A stretch of DNA of 64,000 nucleotides from Dehalococcoidia bacterium (GTDB taxonomy: Bacteria > Chloroflexota > Dehalococcoidia > Lucifugimonadales > UBA3495). Every line of letters starts with the position of its first letter. Positions within the stretch are counted from its first letter, which is position 1. A program made the translations under genes and the position numbers. The DNA lies in NCBI GenBank assembly GCA_965249145.1, contig OZ252223.1, positions 585,757 to 649,756 of the forward strand, given 5' to 3'. This document shows positions 56,152-64,000 of the stretch, one piece after another. The notes beneath the pieces were generated by a model, which saw nothing but the letters and a program-made list of their open reading frames with translations, did no database searches and was not told the origin of the DNA.

Positions 56152-56769
56152 GTGCTAAGAAAGCGTCCCGACCAAGTGAAGAATGCCCCGGACCCAGGCC
56201 ACGGCCAGCGGGTACCGCCGGGGCAGTTCCTGACCAACAAATTCCCCGTGTTGACCTACGGCTCGGAACCCAAGATCGACATCAAGACCTGGCGCATGCG
56301 GGTCTTCGGCTTGGTGGAGCATGAGGTCTCTTTGGACTGGGACCGGTTTGCCGCCCTGCCATGGCAGACGGTGGAAGCCGACTTTCACTGCGTCACCCAA
56401 TGGAGCGCGCTGGACCAGACGTGGGATGGGGTCTGGCTTGCCGACCTTGTCGCACTGGCAGGCGTTGCCAGCGATGCCAACTTCGTGATGGCCCACTGCT
56501 TCGGAGGCTACAGTACAAACCTTCCCTTGGACATTGCCTTGGAGGAGGGCCTGCTGGTCCACCGGCAGGGCGGACAGCCTCTGGGAAAAAGCCACGGCTG
56601 GCCGCTGCGGCTGATCGTGCCCAGCCTCTACGGCTGGAAGAGCGCCAAGTGGGTGAACGGCATCGAGTTGATGGCAGAGGACGCCCCCGGATTCTGGGAG
56701 CTGAGAGGCTACCACAACAATGGCGACCCTTGGAAGGAAGAACGCTTCTGGCCTGAGCTCAGCCGCTAG
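56152..56769 (+). CDS. sulfite-oxidase-family molybdopterin oxidoreductase (small, YedY/MsrP-like catalytic domain)
   Basis: 205 aa: FHCVTQWS (Mo-ligand Cys), GWPLRLIVPSLYGWKSAKWV. GTG start. Confidence 0.75.
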   Translation: MLRKRPDQVKNAPDPGHGQRVPPGQFLTNKFPVLTYGSEPKIDIKTWRMRVFGLVEHEVSLDWDRFAALPWQTVEADFHCVTQWSALDQTWDGVWLADLVALAGVASDANFVMAHCFGGYSTNLPLDIALEEGLLVHRQGGQPLGKSHGWPLRLIVPSLYGWKSAKWVNGIELMAEDAPGFWELRGYHNNGDPWKEERFWPELSR

Positions 56770-56792
56770 AACACGTGAAACTACCGGAAACG

Positions 56793-56824
56793 AACAAGGG
56801 GCGGCCGAATGGCCGCCCCTTGTT
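56793..56824. terminator. bidirectional rho-independent terminator between convergent genes
   Basis: 14-bp stem AACAAGGGGCGGCC/GGCCGCCCCTTGTT with loop GAAT. Confidence 0.65.
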
Positions 56825-56844
56825 GCATCCGAGCAAGAGAGTGG

Positions 56845-57036
56845 TTACGCCGCCTGATGCATCAGTTCCTCACTCTTCGTCATGTCCGGCAGCAGCATCG
56901 CCGGCACGGTGGCCTCGCCGCCCTGCTCCACGTCCAGCATGTAGCCGCACTGGAGACAGTGGAAGTACTCGCCGAAGCTGTCTTCGTTCAGATACAGGTC
57001 ACCGTAGCATTTGGGACAAGCCTTGAAGTGAATCAT
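56845..57036 (-). CDS. small zinc-ribbon protein (63 aa)
   Basis: CPKC...CLQC pairs. Strong AAGGAGGTG RBS. Confidence 0.6.
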   Translation of the reverse strand: MIHFKACPKCYGDLYLNEDSFGEYFHCLQCGYMLDVEQGGEATVPAMLLPDMTKSEELMHQAA

Positions 57037-57148
57037 CGTTCACCTCCTTTTCCGATTGGCCCGGCGCTGCTCTGACGCCCGGCCTGTCCTCCTCATACCT
57101 TTTAGTCACCGGAACGATAGACGGTTTATCCGGACTGACACATTGGGC

Positions 57149-57177
57149 TTGACACGTTACGTATCAAACCGTATCAT
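57149..57177 (+). promoter_or_regulatory. consensus-like promoter (TTGACA-17-TATCAT) overlapped by a HAIR-like inverted repeat
   Basis: -35 at 57149-57154, -10 at 57172-57177. Inverted repeat TTGACACGT-T-ACGTATCAA (57149-57167, 8 of 9 positions paired) with CTTGA-N11-TCAA geometry. Confidence 0.55.
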
Positions 57178-57214
57178 ACACATTGTCGCCGGTCAAGACT
57201 TCGGAGGAAAGAAT

Positions 57215-57718
57215 ATGACGCAACGGCAGCGTACCGAGGCAGCCAACGATGCCAGCGCGCCTGACCAGGCTATGCCCACCCGTCCTCGCCATTCTTCCGT
57301 CTCCTCAACAAACTCTCCCCAAGCAGGGACCGGCTCCCGACCGACTCAGGAGGACCTCGACGACGCCGCAATGGCGATGGAGGGCCTCTACATCATCAGC
57401 GTGGCCGCCAGGATCCTCGACATGCACCCCCAGACGCTTCGCAAATACGAACGCTTGGGCCTCGTCCGTCCGGGCCGGACCCTCGGCATGCTCCGGTTGT
57501 ACTCCCGGGAAGACATTCGTAAACTGCGCCTGATCCGCCACCTTTCCGATGAAATGGGCCTCAACCTGGCCGGCGTGGAATTCGCGCTGACCGCGGTCCA
57601 GAACCTCCTGACCCTCCGTTCTCGGCTCGTCGCCAGGCTGGGCGAAGACGCGGCGGAGGCGGTCGATGAGGAACTGGAGCTCCTGTTCCGCAGTCTCAAT
57701 CTTCCGGTGAGGCCCTAG
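57215..57718 (+). CDS. hspR: HspR-like MerR-family heat-shock repressor
   Basis: YIISVAARILDMHPQTLRKYERLGLVRPGRTLGMLRLYSREDIRKLRLIRHL. GGAGG RBS before ATG 57215. Confidence 0.8.
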   Translation: MTQRQRTEAANDASAPDQAMPTRPRHSSVSSTNSPQAGTGSRPTQEDLDDAAMAMEGLYIISVAARILDMHPQTLRKYERLGLVRPGRTLGMLRLYSREDIRKLRLIRHLSDEMGLNLAGVEFALTAVQNLLTLRSRLVARLGEDAAEAVDEELELLFRSLNLPVRP

Positions 57719-57755
57719 CGCTATTATTTGGCCTAATTGTTAAGGACCTTTGAAT

Positions 57756-58355
57756 ATGACGAACGACGCCAACAACGGCCACACAGAAGGTAAGGACCCG
57801 GCGCTAGAGCCGGACTTCAGCCAGTTGCCGTTGGAACAGCAGGTTGCGGTATTGTCCGAATCCTTGGCCCAAGCCCAAGAGGAGGCCGCGCGCAATCTGG
57901 AGACCACGCAGCGGGCCCAGGCCGAGACGGCCAACATCCGCCGCCGGGCCGACGAGGACCGGGTGGCCAACGCCAAATATTCCAACACCCGGCTGCTGAC
58001 CAAGCTCTTGCCAGCCATCGAAGACCTGCAATTAGCCGTGGCCCACGCTCCCGTCGACTCTTGGACCGAGGGAGTGAAGCTGGTGCAGCGGAAATTTGCC
58101 GGAGTGTTGGAGTCCGAGGGCTTGGTCCCCATCAAAACCGACGGGGAAATGTTCGATCCTCTGGAGCACGAAGCCCTCGGCACCGAAGAGACCACCGAGT
58201 TTGGACCGGGCTACATTACCCAAACGGTCCGGCCCGGCTACCGGTTGCACGACCGGGTAGTGCGTCCCGCCCAGGTTATGGTGGCTCGGGAGCCCCAGAC
58301 GAAATCAGACCCAACATCGACTACACTCGAAGGTGAGGAGGAAAACAATGGCTAA
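57756..58355 (+). CDS. grpE: nucleotide exchange factor GrpE
   Basis: [43 protein letters not shown]. Confidence 0.9.
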   Translation: MTNDANNGHTEGKDPALEPDFSQLPLEQQVAVLSESLAQAQEEAARNLETTQRAQAETANIRRRADEDRVANAKYSNTRLLTKLLPAIEDLQLAVAHAPVDSWTEGVKLVQRKFAGVLESEGLVPIKTDGEMFDPLEHEALGTEETTEFGPGYITQTVRPGYRLHDRVVRPAQVMVAREPQTKSDPTSTTLEGEEENNG

Positions 58356-60249
58356 GGTCCTGGGTATCGACCTTGGAACGACCAACTCGGTCGCCGCTGT
58401 CATCGAGGCTGGCGAGCCCGAGGTGGTGGAAAACGCCGAGGGCTCGCGGTTGACCCCGTCCGTCGTCGCCGTGAACACCAGAAGCGGCGAGCGCTACGTC
58501 GGCCAAGTGGCCAAGCGCCAAGCGGTCACCAACCCCGAAAACACCTTGTTCTCGGTCAAGCGCCTCATGGGCCGGAAATATAGCGACGCCGAGGTCCAGG
58601 CTGCCGCCGGCAAACTGCCCTACTCCGTGGTGCCGGCGGCTAACGGCGACGCCCACGTGCGTATGGGCGACCAGGTTTATCCGCCGCCTCAGATATCCTC
58701 TTTCGTCTTGCAAAAAATACGCCAAGACGCCGAGGCCAAGCTGGGCGAGCGCATCACCCAAGCCGTGATCACCGTCCCGGCTTACTTCAACGACTCCCAA
58801 CGCCAAGCGACCATCGAAGCGGGCACCATTGCGGGCATGGAAGTGCTGCGCATTATCAACGAACCCACCGCCTCGTCCTTGGCCTACGGTCTTGACAAGA
58901 CCAAGACCGACGCCAACATAGCCGTCTTCGACCTTGGCGGCGGTACCTTCGACATCACCATTCTGGAGATGGGGGACGGCGTATTCGAGGTCAAGTCCAC
59001 CAATGGGGACACTTTCCTCGGCGGCGACGACTTCGATCAAGCCATCTTGGAGTGGCTGATCGCCGAGTTCCGCCGCGACACCGGCATCGACTTGGCCCGG
59101 GACCGCATGGCCCTGCAGCGCCTCCGCGACGCCGCCGAGCGCGCCAAGGTCGATCTCTCCAGCGTAGTGGAGACCGAGATCAACCTGCCGTTCATCACCG
59201 CCGACGCCAACGGACCACAGCACTTGGTGCAATCCCTGAGCCGGGCCCGCTTCGAGCAACTGGTCTCCGGCCTGATCGACCGCACCGAGGGCCCGTGTCG
59301 CCAAGCCCTCTCGGATTCGGGGCTCTCCGCCAGCCAAATCGACGAAGTGATCATCGTCGGCGGGATGAGCCGCATGCCAGCCGTCCAGGACAAGGTCAAA
59401 CAGGTGTTCGGCCGGGAACCCAACCGAAACGTCAACCCCGACGAAGCGGTCGCCTTGGGCGCCGCCATCCAGGCCGGGGTGTTGGCAGGCGAAGTGGGTG
59501 ACATCGTACTGCTCGACGTCACTCCCCTGACCCTGGGCTTGGAGACCCTCGGCAGCGTCATGACCACGCTTATCCCCCGCAACACCACCATCCCAACCAA
59601 GAAGAACGAGACCTTCACCACCGCCTCCGACAGCCAGACCACGGTCGACATCCACGTGCTGCAGGGCGAGCGAGCCATGGCCTCCGACAACAAGTCCATC
59701 GGCCGGTTCATGCTCGATGGCGTCATCCCGGCGCCCCGGGGCATCCCTCAGATTGAGGTCACCTTCGACATCGACGCCAACGGTATCCTGAGCGTTTCGG
59801 CCCAAGACAAGGGCACCGGCAAGGAACAGAAGATCGTCATCCACTCCGGCTCGGGCATGGACAAGTCCGACATCGACCGCATGGTCGACGAAGCCCGCCA
59901 ATACGAAGCCGACGACCAGCGTCGCCGCACCGAGGTCGAAACACGCAACCAAGCCGACTCCTTGGCCTACCAGGCCGAGAAGCTGCTAAACGATAACGCC
60001 GACAAGGTGCCCGAGGAGCTGCAGTCCGAGGTCCGAGGCAAGATAGAGACCCTTCGCGGAGCCGTGGCCGCCAACAACGTGGCCGAGATGCAGTCTGGGA
60101 CCAACGACCTCAACGCCGCACTCCAACGGTTGGGTGAAGTCGTCTACAGCCAGCAAAATACCCCCGGCGGACCGGACGCTCCCGGCGCGCCCGGAGACGG
60201 ACCGCCCGACGACGAAGGCACCGTCGAAGGCGAATTCCGGGAAGTATAG
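58348..60249 (+). CDS. dnaK: molecular chaperone DnaK
   Basis: [30 protein letters not shown]. 8-nt overlap with grpE. Confidence 0.97.
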   Translation: MAKVLGIDLGTTNSVAAVIEAGEPEVVENAEGSRLTPSVVAVNTRSGERYVGQVAKRQAVTNPENTLFSVKRLMGRKYSDAEVQAAAGKLPYSVVPAANGDAHVRMGDQVYPPPQISSFVLQKIRQDAEAKLGERITQAVITVPAYFNDSQRQATIEAGTIAGMEVLRIINEPTASSLAYGLDKTKTDANIAVFDLGGGTFDITILEMGDGVFEVKSTNGDTFLGGDDFDQAILEWLIAEFRRDTGIDLARDRMALQRLRDAAERAKVDLSSVVETEINLPFITADANGPQHLVQSLSRARFEQLVSGLIDRTEGPCRQALSDSGLSASQIDEVIIVGGMSRMPAVQDKVKQVFGREPNRNVNPDEAVALGAAIQAGVLAGEVGDIVLLDVTPLTLGLETLGSVMTTLIPRNTTIPTKKNETFTTASDSQTTVDIHVLQGERAMASDNKSIGRFMLDGVIPAPRGIPQIEVTFDIDANGILSVSAQDKGTGKEQKIVIHSGSGMDKSDIDRMVDEARQYEADDQRRRTEVETRNQADSLAYQAEKLLNDNADKVPEELQSEVRGKIETLRGAVAANNVAEMQSGTNDLNAALQRLGEVVYSQQNTPGGPDAPGAPGDGPPDDEGTVEGEFREV

Positions 60250-60362
60250 ATTTAACTATCCGTTAACCTTACCGGGGTAGCTCTGTTATAATGGCAGTAG
60301 ATGCCCGGAGCATCCCGTAGCGGCGCCAACACAAAATCGTGGTCGAAGCGAACGGAGAGCAG

Positions 60363-60677
60363 ATGAGCACACAACCAGAACGGGCGGACCAAGAATTACT
60401 GGGCGGCGATGCCCCGTTGGTCGACAACCCGTCTGTGGACACCGATTGGACCATCCCTGGAATCGACCGGAAGCTGACCCCGTTGCAGTACCACTACCTC
60501 AGCATGCTGCGGAGAATGGTGGCGCTGAAAGATGGCTATCAGACCGACCCGGACTACGAGCCCTCTCGGATGGCAGCCCTCAACAAGGCCATCTACTCGA
60601 CTCTCCGTGACAGCATCGAAGCTAACGTGGGGGACGAGGCCAAGAAGCTGCTGAACCGGGAGCAGCACGTCGGCTAG
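60363..60677 (+). CDS. hypothetical protein (104 aa) downstream of dnaK
   Basis: GGAGAG lies before ATG 60363. No motif recognised. Followed by a strong terminator. Confidence 0.45.
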   Translation: MSTQPERADQELLGGDAPLVDNPSVDTDWTIPGIDRKLTPLQYHYLSMLRRMVALKDGYQTDPDYEPSRMAALNKAIYSTLRDSIEANVGDEAKKLLNREQHVG

Positions 60678-60704
60678 CTAACCCGGTCCGACTGTGAGAC
60701 CAAC

Positions 60705-60740
60705 AACAGGGCCGGTCCTCGACCGGCCCTGTTATTTTAT
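60705..60740. terminator. rho-independent terminator (bidirectional)
   Basis: 13-bp stem AACAGGGCCGGTC/GACCGGCCCTGTT, then ATTTTAT. It contains the stop codon of the convergent deacetylase gene. Confidence 0.7.
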
Positions 60741-61856
60741 GCCCAACAGCGGGAACACCTGCTCCCTGATCGCCGCCACGGTTTCTTCCGAGTGGCGGCG
60801 TACGTCCAACCGGAGGGCAGCCGGGACTTGGGGCGCCGCGGAATCACGAAGGCCCTCGCCGCCGTGCTCCAAGGCGAACCCCCTGGGCAGTTGGTCCGGC
60901 CACTCCACGCCCAGCATCACCCCGTAGGCCAGGGTCCACGCCCGGGCCACCGCGTTCAGGTCGTAACCTCCTCCCCCCAGCGCCAGCCAAGGCAGGCCCA
61001 ACGCGGCAAGTTCCCGCACTACTTCCACGAACCCCACCGTGGTCAGTTGCAGATGGGTCAGCGGGTCGGAGTGGTAGCTATCGATGCCCAGTTGGGTGAT
61101 CAGCACATCGGGCCCGAAGGCACGAATGGCCGACGGCACGATCTGCCGGAAGGCCTCCAGGTATTCCTCGTCTCCGGTATAGGGATAGAGCGGCAAGTTC
61201 AGCGAGTAACCCCGGCCCGCGTCTACCCCCAACTCGGGCACGGACCCGGTGCCGGGAAATAGGTACCGTCCTGATTCGTGCACCGAGATGGTCAGCACCC
61301 TCGGGTCGTCGAAGAATGCGTCCTGCACCCCATCGCCGTGATGGGCGTCTACGTCGACATAGGCCACACGCATCCCGCGGTTAAGAAAATAATGCGCGGC
61401 CAACGCCGGGTCGTTGAAAACGCAAAACCCCGAAGCGTGCCCGGCGGCGGCATGGTGCAGTCCCCCGGAGATGTTGAAGGCCGCCTCCACCGCGCCGTCG
61501 GCAACCATCTCCGCAGCCACCAAGGTCGCGCCCGTGCTGAGGGCGGCGGCATCGTAGATTCCAGGGTAGTAAGGGTTGTCCCCTTGTAGGCTGAAGTTGT
61601 ACCGCCCCGCCTCCGGCGCACCCTCCCCCTCGTTGAGCCTGTGCACCGCCGCAATGTATTCCTGGGTGTGTAGCCACCGCAATTCGTGCTCCTCGGCGAA
61701 GCGTGGCGTGACTAGCGAAGCGCCCTCGTGGTCGAAAGCCCCATAGCCCTGCAGAAGATCGTGGGTATAACGCAACCTGACCGGGCGCATCGGGTGGTCG
61801 CGGCGCAGTTCGTGACGGGACATACGGTCGTCGTAGACAAAGGCGGCACGGCGCAT
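60732..61856 (-). CDS. histone deacetylase-family protein (AcuC / acetylpolyamine amidohydrolase-like)
   Basis: GGLHHAAAGHASGFCVFND, DVDAHHGDG, LGGGGY. Confidence 0.85.
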   Translation of the reverse strand: MRRAAFVYDDRMSRHELRRDHPMRPVRLRYTHDLLQGYGAFDHEGASLVTPRFAEEHELRWLHTQEYIAAVHRLNEGEGAPEAGRYNFSLQGDNPYYPGIYDAAALSTGATLVAAEMVADGAVEAAFNISGGLHHAAAGHASGFCVFNDPALAAHYFLNRGMRVAYVDVDAHHGDGVQDAFFDDPRVLTISVHESGRYLFPGTGSVPELGVDAGRGYSLNLPLYPYTGDEEYLEAFRQIVPSAIRAFGPDVLITQLGIDSYHSDPLTHLQLTTVGFVEVVRELAALGLPWLALGGGGYDLNAVARAWTLAYGVMLGVEWPDQLPRGFALEHGGEGLRDSAAPQVPAALRLDVRRHSEETVAAIREQVFPLLGIK

Positions 61857-62070
61857 GATTGGCCCCTTTCTAATAATTTCACCAAAACTCGTTATGGAAA
61901 CAAGGGAGAGACGCCGGAGGGATTAAGTAATATTAGCTGCGTGGCGGCCGCTGCCGTCAAGAGCTAGTCCGATCCAATGGACCAGTGCGCCGGACTGCGG
62001 AATATCCGGCCCATATCTGCCCCACGGGCAACCCCCGGCGGGAGCGTCAATATCGTTAGGAGTAGGAACC

Positions 62071-62718
62071 ATGGATTTCGACGAGACCATACAAGACCGG
62101 CTCAAGCAGGCGGAGATGGCGGAGCGAGAAGTTGTACGTTTGCAGTCGCTGGCCTCCGAGGCCCCTCAGCTCCGGTTGCAAGCCGCCAAAGCCCAAAAAT
62201 TCGACCAACGCCACCGCAGCCGGGAAGAAGCGGTTGCCCGGGCTAGGACCTCGGCCGCCGCGGCCGCCGAAAAGCAGTCCAAGATGCCGGAGCTGCTGGG
62301 GTCCGCGGCCCGCGCCGTGATCGAGCTATACACCGCCCTCAAAGACGTGGACGCCCAGCGCCAGCACGCCGCTGAAGCCCTGGCGGTGGCCGACCGCATC
62401 GACTACGACAATGAGTTGGAGGAAGTCGAGGAACAGGAGCGCTCCATGGACCGCGACTCCCGTGGCCTCGCCTACGCCCTGGCCGCCCGTCACGGCGACT
62501 CCAAGGTCAAGCAGATGCTGGAGGAGTTGGACCCGGGTTTCACCCTGCTGCGGGGTTGCAACACCGACGACCCGTTGTACCGCGACGTGGCCAACTTCGT
62601 CGTGAGCCATGCCGTGCCCAGGGCCTCGCAACCCACCGGCAGCATCAGCCCGTCCGACTTCCCCCCCAACCCCGCGATGCTGGCCCCCGAACCCGACGCA
62701 GTTGCCGCCGACGACTAA
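62071..62718 (+). CDS. hypothetical coiled-coil protein (215 aa)
   Basis: AGGAG RBS. Charged helical N-terminus. No motif recognised. Confidence 0.45.
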   Translation: MDFDETIQDRLKQAEMAEREVVRLQSLASEAPQLRLQAAKAQKFDQRHRSREEAVARARTSAAAAAEKQSKMPELLGSAARAVIELYTALKDVDAQRQHAAEALAVADRIDYDNELEEVEEQERSMDRDSRGLAYALAARHGDSKVKQMLEELDPGFTLLRGCNTDDPLYRDVANFVVSHAVPRASQPTGSISPSDFPPNPAMLAPEPDAVAADD

Positions 62719-62895
62719 ACGTCCCTCCGTCCCTTGGCGGACCCATAGGACAGGGCGCTCATTCGGGCGCCCTTCCTCCTTGGTCGCCGTCGGCTGCCGT
62801 GGTTGACCACCCCCGTGGGGCGGTATAGACTCAGCCACACCGTCTTCCCGGACTTCGTTCCCCGCCCTCAGACTCTGGTCCTATAGGAGGCCGCC

Positions 62896-63657
62896 GTGGC
62901 ATCGCTGGAGCACTACGCCAACAACTACCAGAACATCCGGATGGAACGCCGTAACGGCATACTCCAGATGACCTTCCACACCAACGGAGGCCCGTTGCAA
63001 TGGGGCGGTGGGCCCCATGAAGAGTTCCCTAGGGCCTTCTACGACGTCGGCAGCGACCCGGAGAACCGCGTGGTGATCATCACCGGCACTGGCGATACCT
63101 TCTCCGGGCCCCAGGGCACCGCCGCCGGCACTCCCAAGAGAGCGCCACGGGAGTGGGACAAGACCTACTGGGAGGGCAAGCGGCTGCTCACCAACCTGCT
63201 GGACATCGAGGTACCGATGATCAGCGCCATCAACGGCCCGGCCCTGCGCCACTCCGAGATCCCGTTGCTTTGCGACATCGTTCTGGCTTCGGAGACAGCG
63301 GCCTTCCAAGACTCGGGCCACTTCATGAGCGGTCTGGTGCCCGGCGACGGAATGCACATCGTTTACCCGATGCTTCTGGGCATGAACCGGGGGCGGTACT
63401 TCCTCTTCACCGGCCAGTCCATCGGCGCAAAGGAAGCCAAGGAACTCGGGTTGGTCAGCGAAGTGCTCCCGCCCGATGAGCTGCTGCCAAGGGCTTGGGC
63501 CTTGGCCGAGCAACTCGCGGAGAAGTCGGATTTGGTGCTGCGTTATACCCGGGTCTCCACCACCCAGTACGTCAAGAAGATCATGCTAGATCTTCTCGGC
63601 TATGGTCTGGCCTTGGAGGGCCTGGGCTCCGCCGATACCTTGTTGAACCAGCAATAA
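62896..63657 (+). CDS. enoyl-CoA hydratase/isomerase (crotonase) family
   Basis: GTG start with TAGGAGG RBS. ITGTGDTFSG, AINGPALRHSE. Confidence 0.8.
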   Translation: MASLEHYANNYQNIRMERRNGILQMTFHTNGGPLQWGGGPHEEFPRAFYDVGSDPENRVVIITGTGDTFSGPQGTAAGTPKRAPREWDKTYWEGKRLLTNLLDIEVPMISAINGPALRHSEIPLLCDIVLASETAAFQDSGHFMSGLVPGDGMHIVYPMLLGMNRGRYFLFTGQSIGAKEAKELGLVSEVLPPDELLPRAWALAEQLAEKSDLVLRYTRVSTTQYVKKIMLDLLGYGLALEGLGSADTLLNQQ

Positions 63658-63751
63658 ACCAGGCCACACCCGGAGTAACCGAAGTGCTCAGACCCTCCGA
63701 GCCACTATTCCGAGGCTTGAAAATCAATATCGATTCTGGCAAGATGAGTCC

Positions 63752-64000
63752 ATGCGAGTAGGCGCGTTCGAGATCAACGAACCCGTTCCCGAACTGAAAG
63801 ACCCCCACGCTTTCGCAATGATCCGCCCTTGGGTGGACGTTGGCAGCGTCGGGACCTTGACCCTAAACCGCTTGGAGCGGTTTATGGGTTCCAAAGAGTT
63901 GGGCCGTTTGGACCGGCCCGGCACCTTCTTCGACTTCACCCGTTACCGGCCCAACATGCGCCTGGTCGACGGCGTCCGGCAAGTCAAGATTCCCAACAGC
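63752..64000 (+). CDS. PAC2 (proteasome assembly chaperone 2-like) family protein, partial (3' end off the window)
   Basis: Hand translation: MRVGAFEINEPVPELKDPHAFAMIRPWVDVGSVGTLTLNRLERFMGSKELGRLDRPGTFFDFTRYRP. Not in the track because no stop lies in the window. Confidence 0.5.
   Translation, partial: MRVGAFEINEPVPELKDPHAFAMIRPWVDVGSVGTLTLNRLERFMGSKELGRLDRPGTFFDFTRYRPNMRLVDGVRQVKIPNS

Overview
GC-rich bacterial chromosomal window that is densely coding. Its gene content (many amidohydrolase_2, CaiB-type CoA-transferase and enoyl-CoA hydratase paralogs, an 11-gene nuo operon without nuoEFG, monomeric IDH) fits a Chloroflexota/SAR202-like organism, but I cannot verify taxonomy from the sequence alone. 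Core content: thrS; monomeric icd plus mdh; a non-classical succinate dehydrogenase (sdhA, sdhB, HdrB-like subunit); nadK; a NUDIX hydrolase; nuoABCDHIJK-(small ORF)-LMN; rdgB; moaA-rnhA-moaC; tRNA-Met(CAT); selD; hspR-grpE-dnaK; and a block of catabolic enzymes. Accessory content: HicBA and HigBA toxin-antitoxin pairs, a Uma2 endonuclease, two stand-alone retropepsin-like proteases, and a decayed gene graveyard next to the tRNA. Points most worth a second look: (1) selD is a TGA-encoded selenoprotein that the ORF track truncates; (2) plsY is split by a perfect 8-bp tandem duplication; (3) a 17-bp tandem duplication copies the RBS and start codon of an amidohydrolase; (4) an ACP-PlsC fusion is translationally coupled to an MFS_2/GPH transporter, possibly for lysophospholipid salvage; (5) a small DUF2007-like ORF is wedged between nuoK and nuoL; (6) a tandem pair of 63-aa ORFs has no recognisable function; (7) a membrane-anchored repeat protein carries an Mrr-like C-terminus; (8) about 3 kb of pseudogenes beside tRNA-Met is bracketed by an imperfect direct repeat. 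I found no CRISPR array, rRNA, transposase or integrase. All family assignments come from motif recognition by eye, not from database searches.
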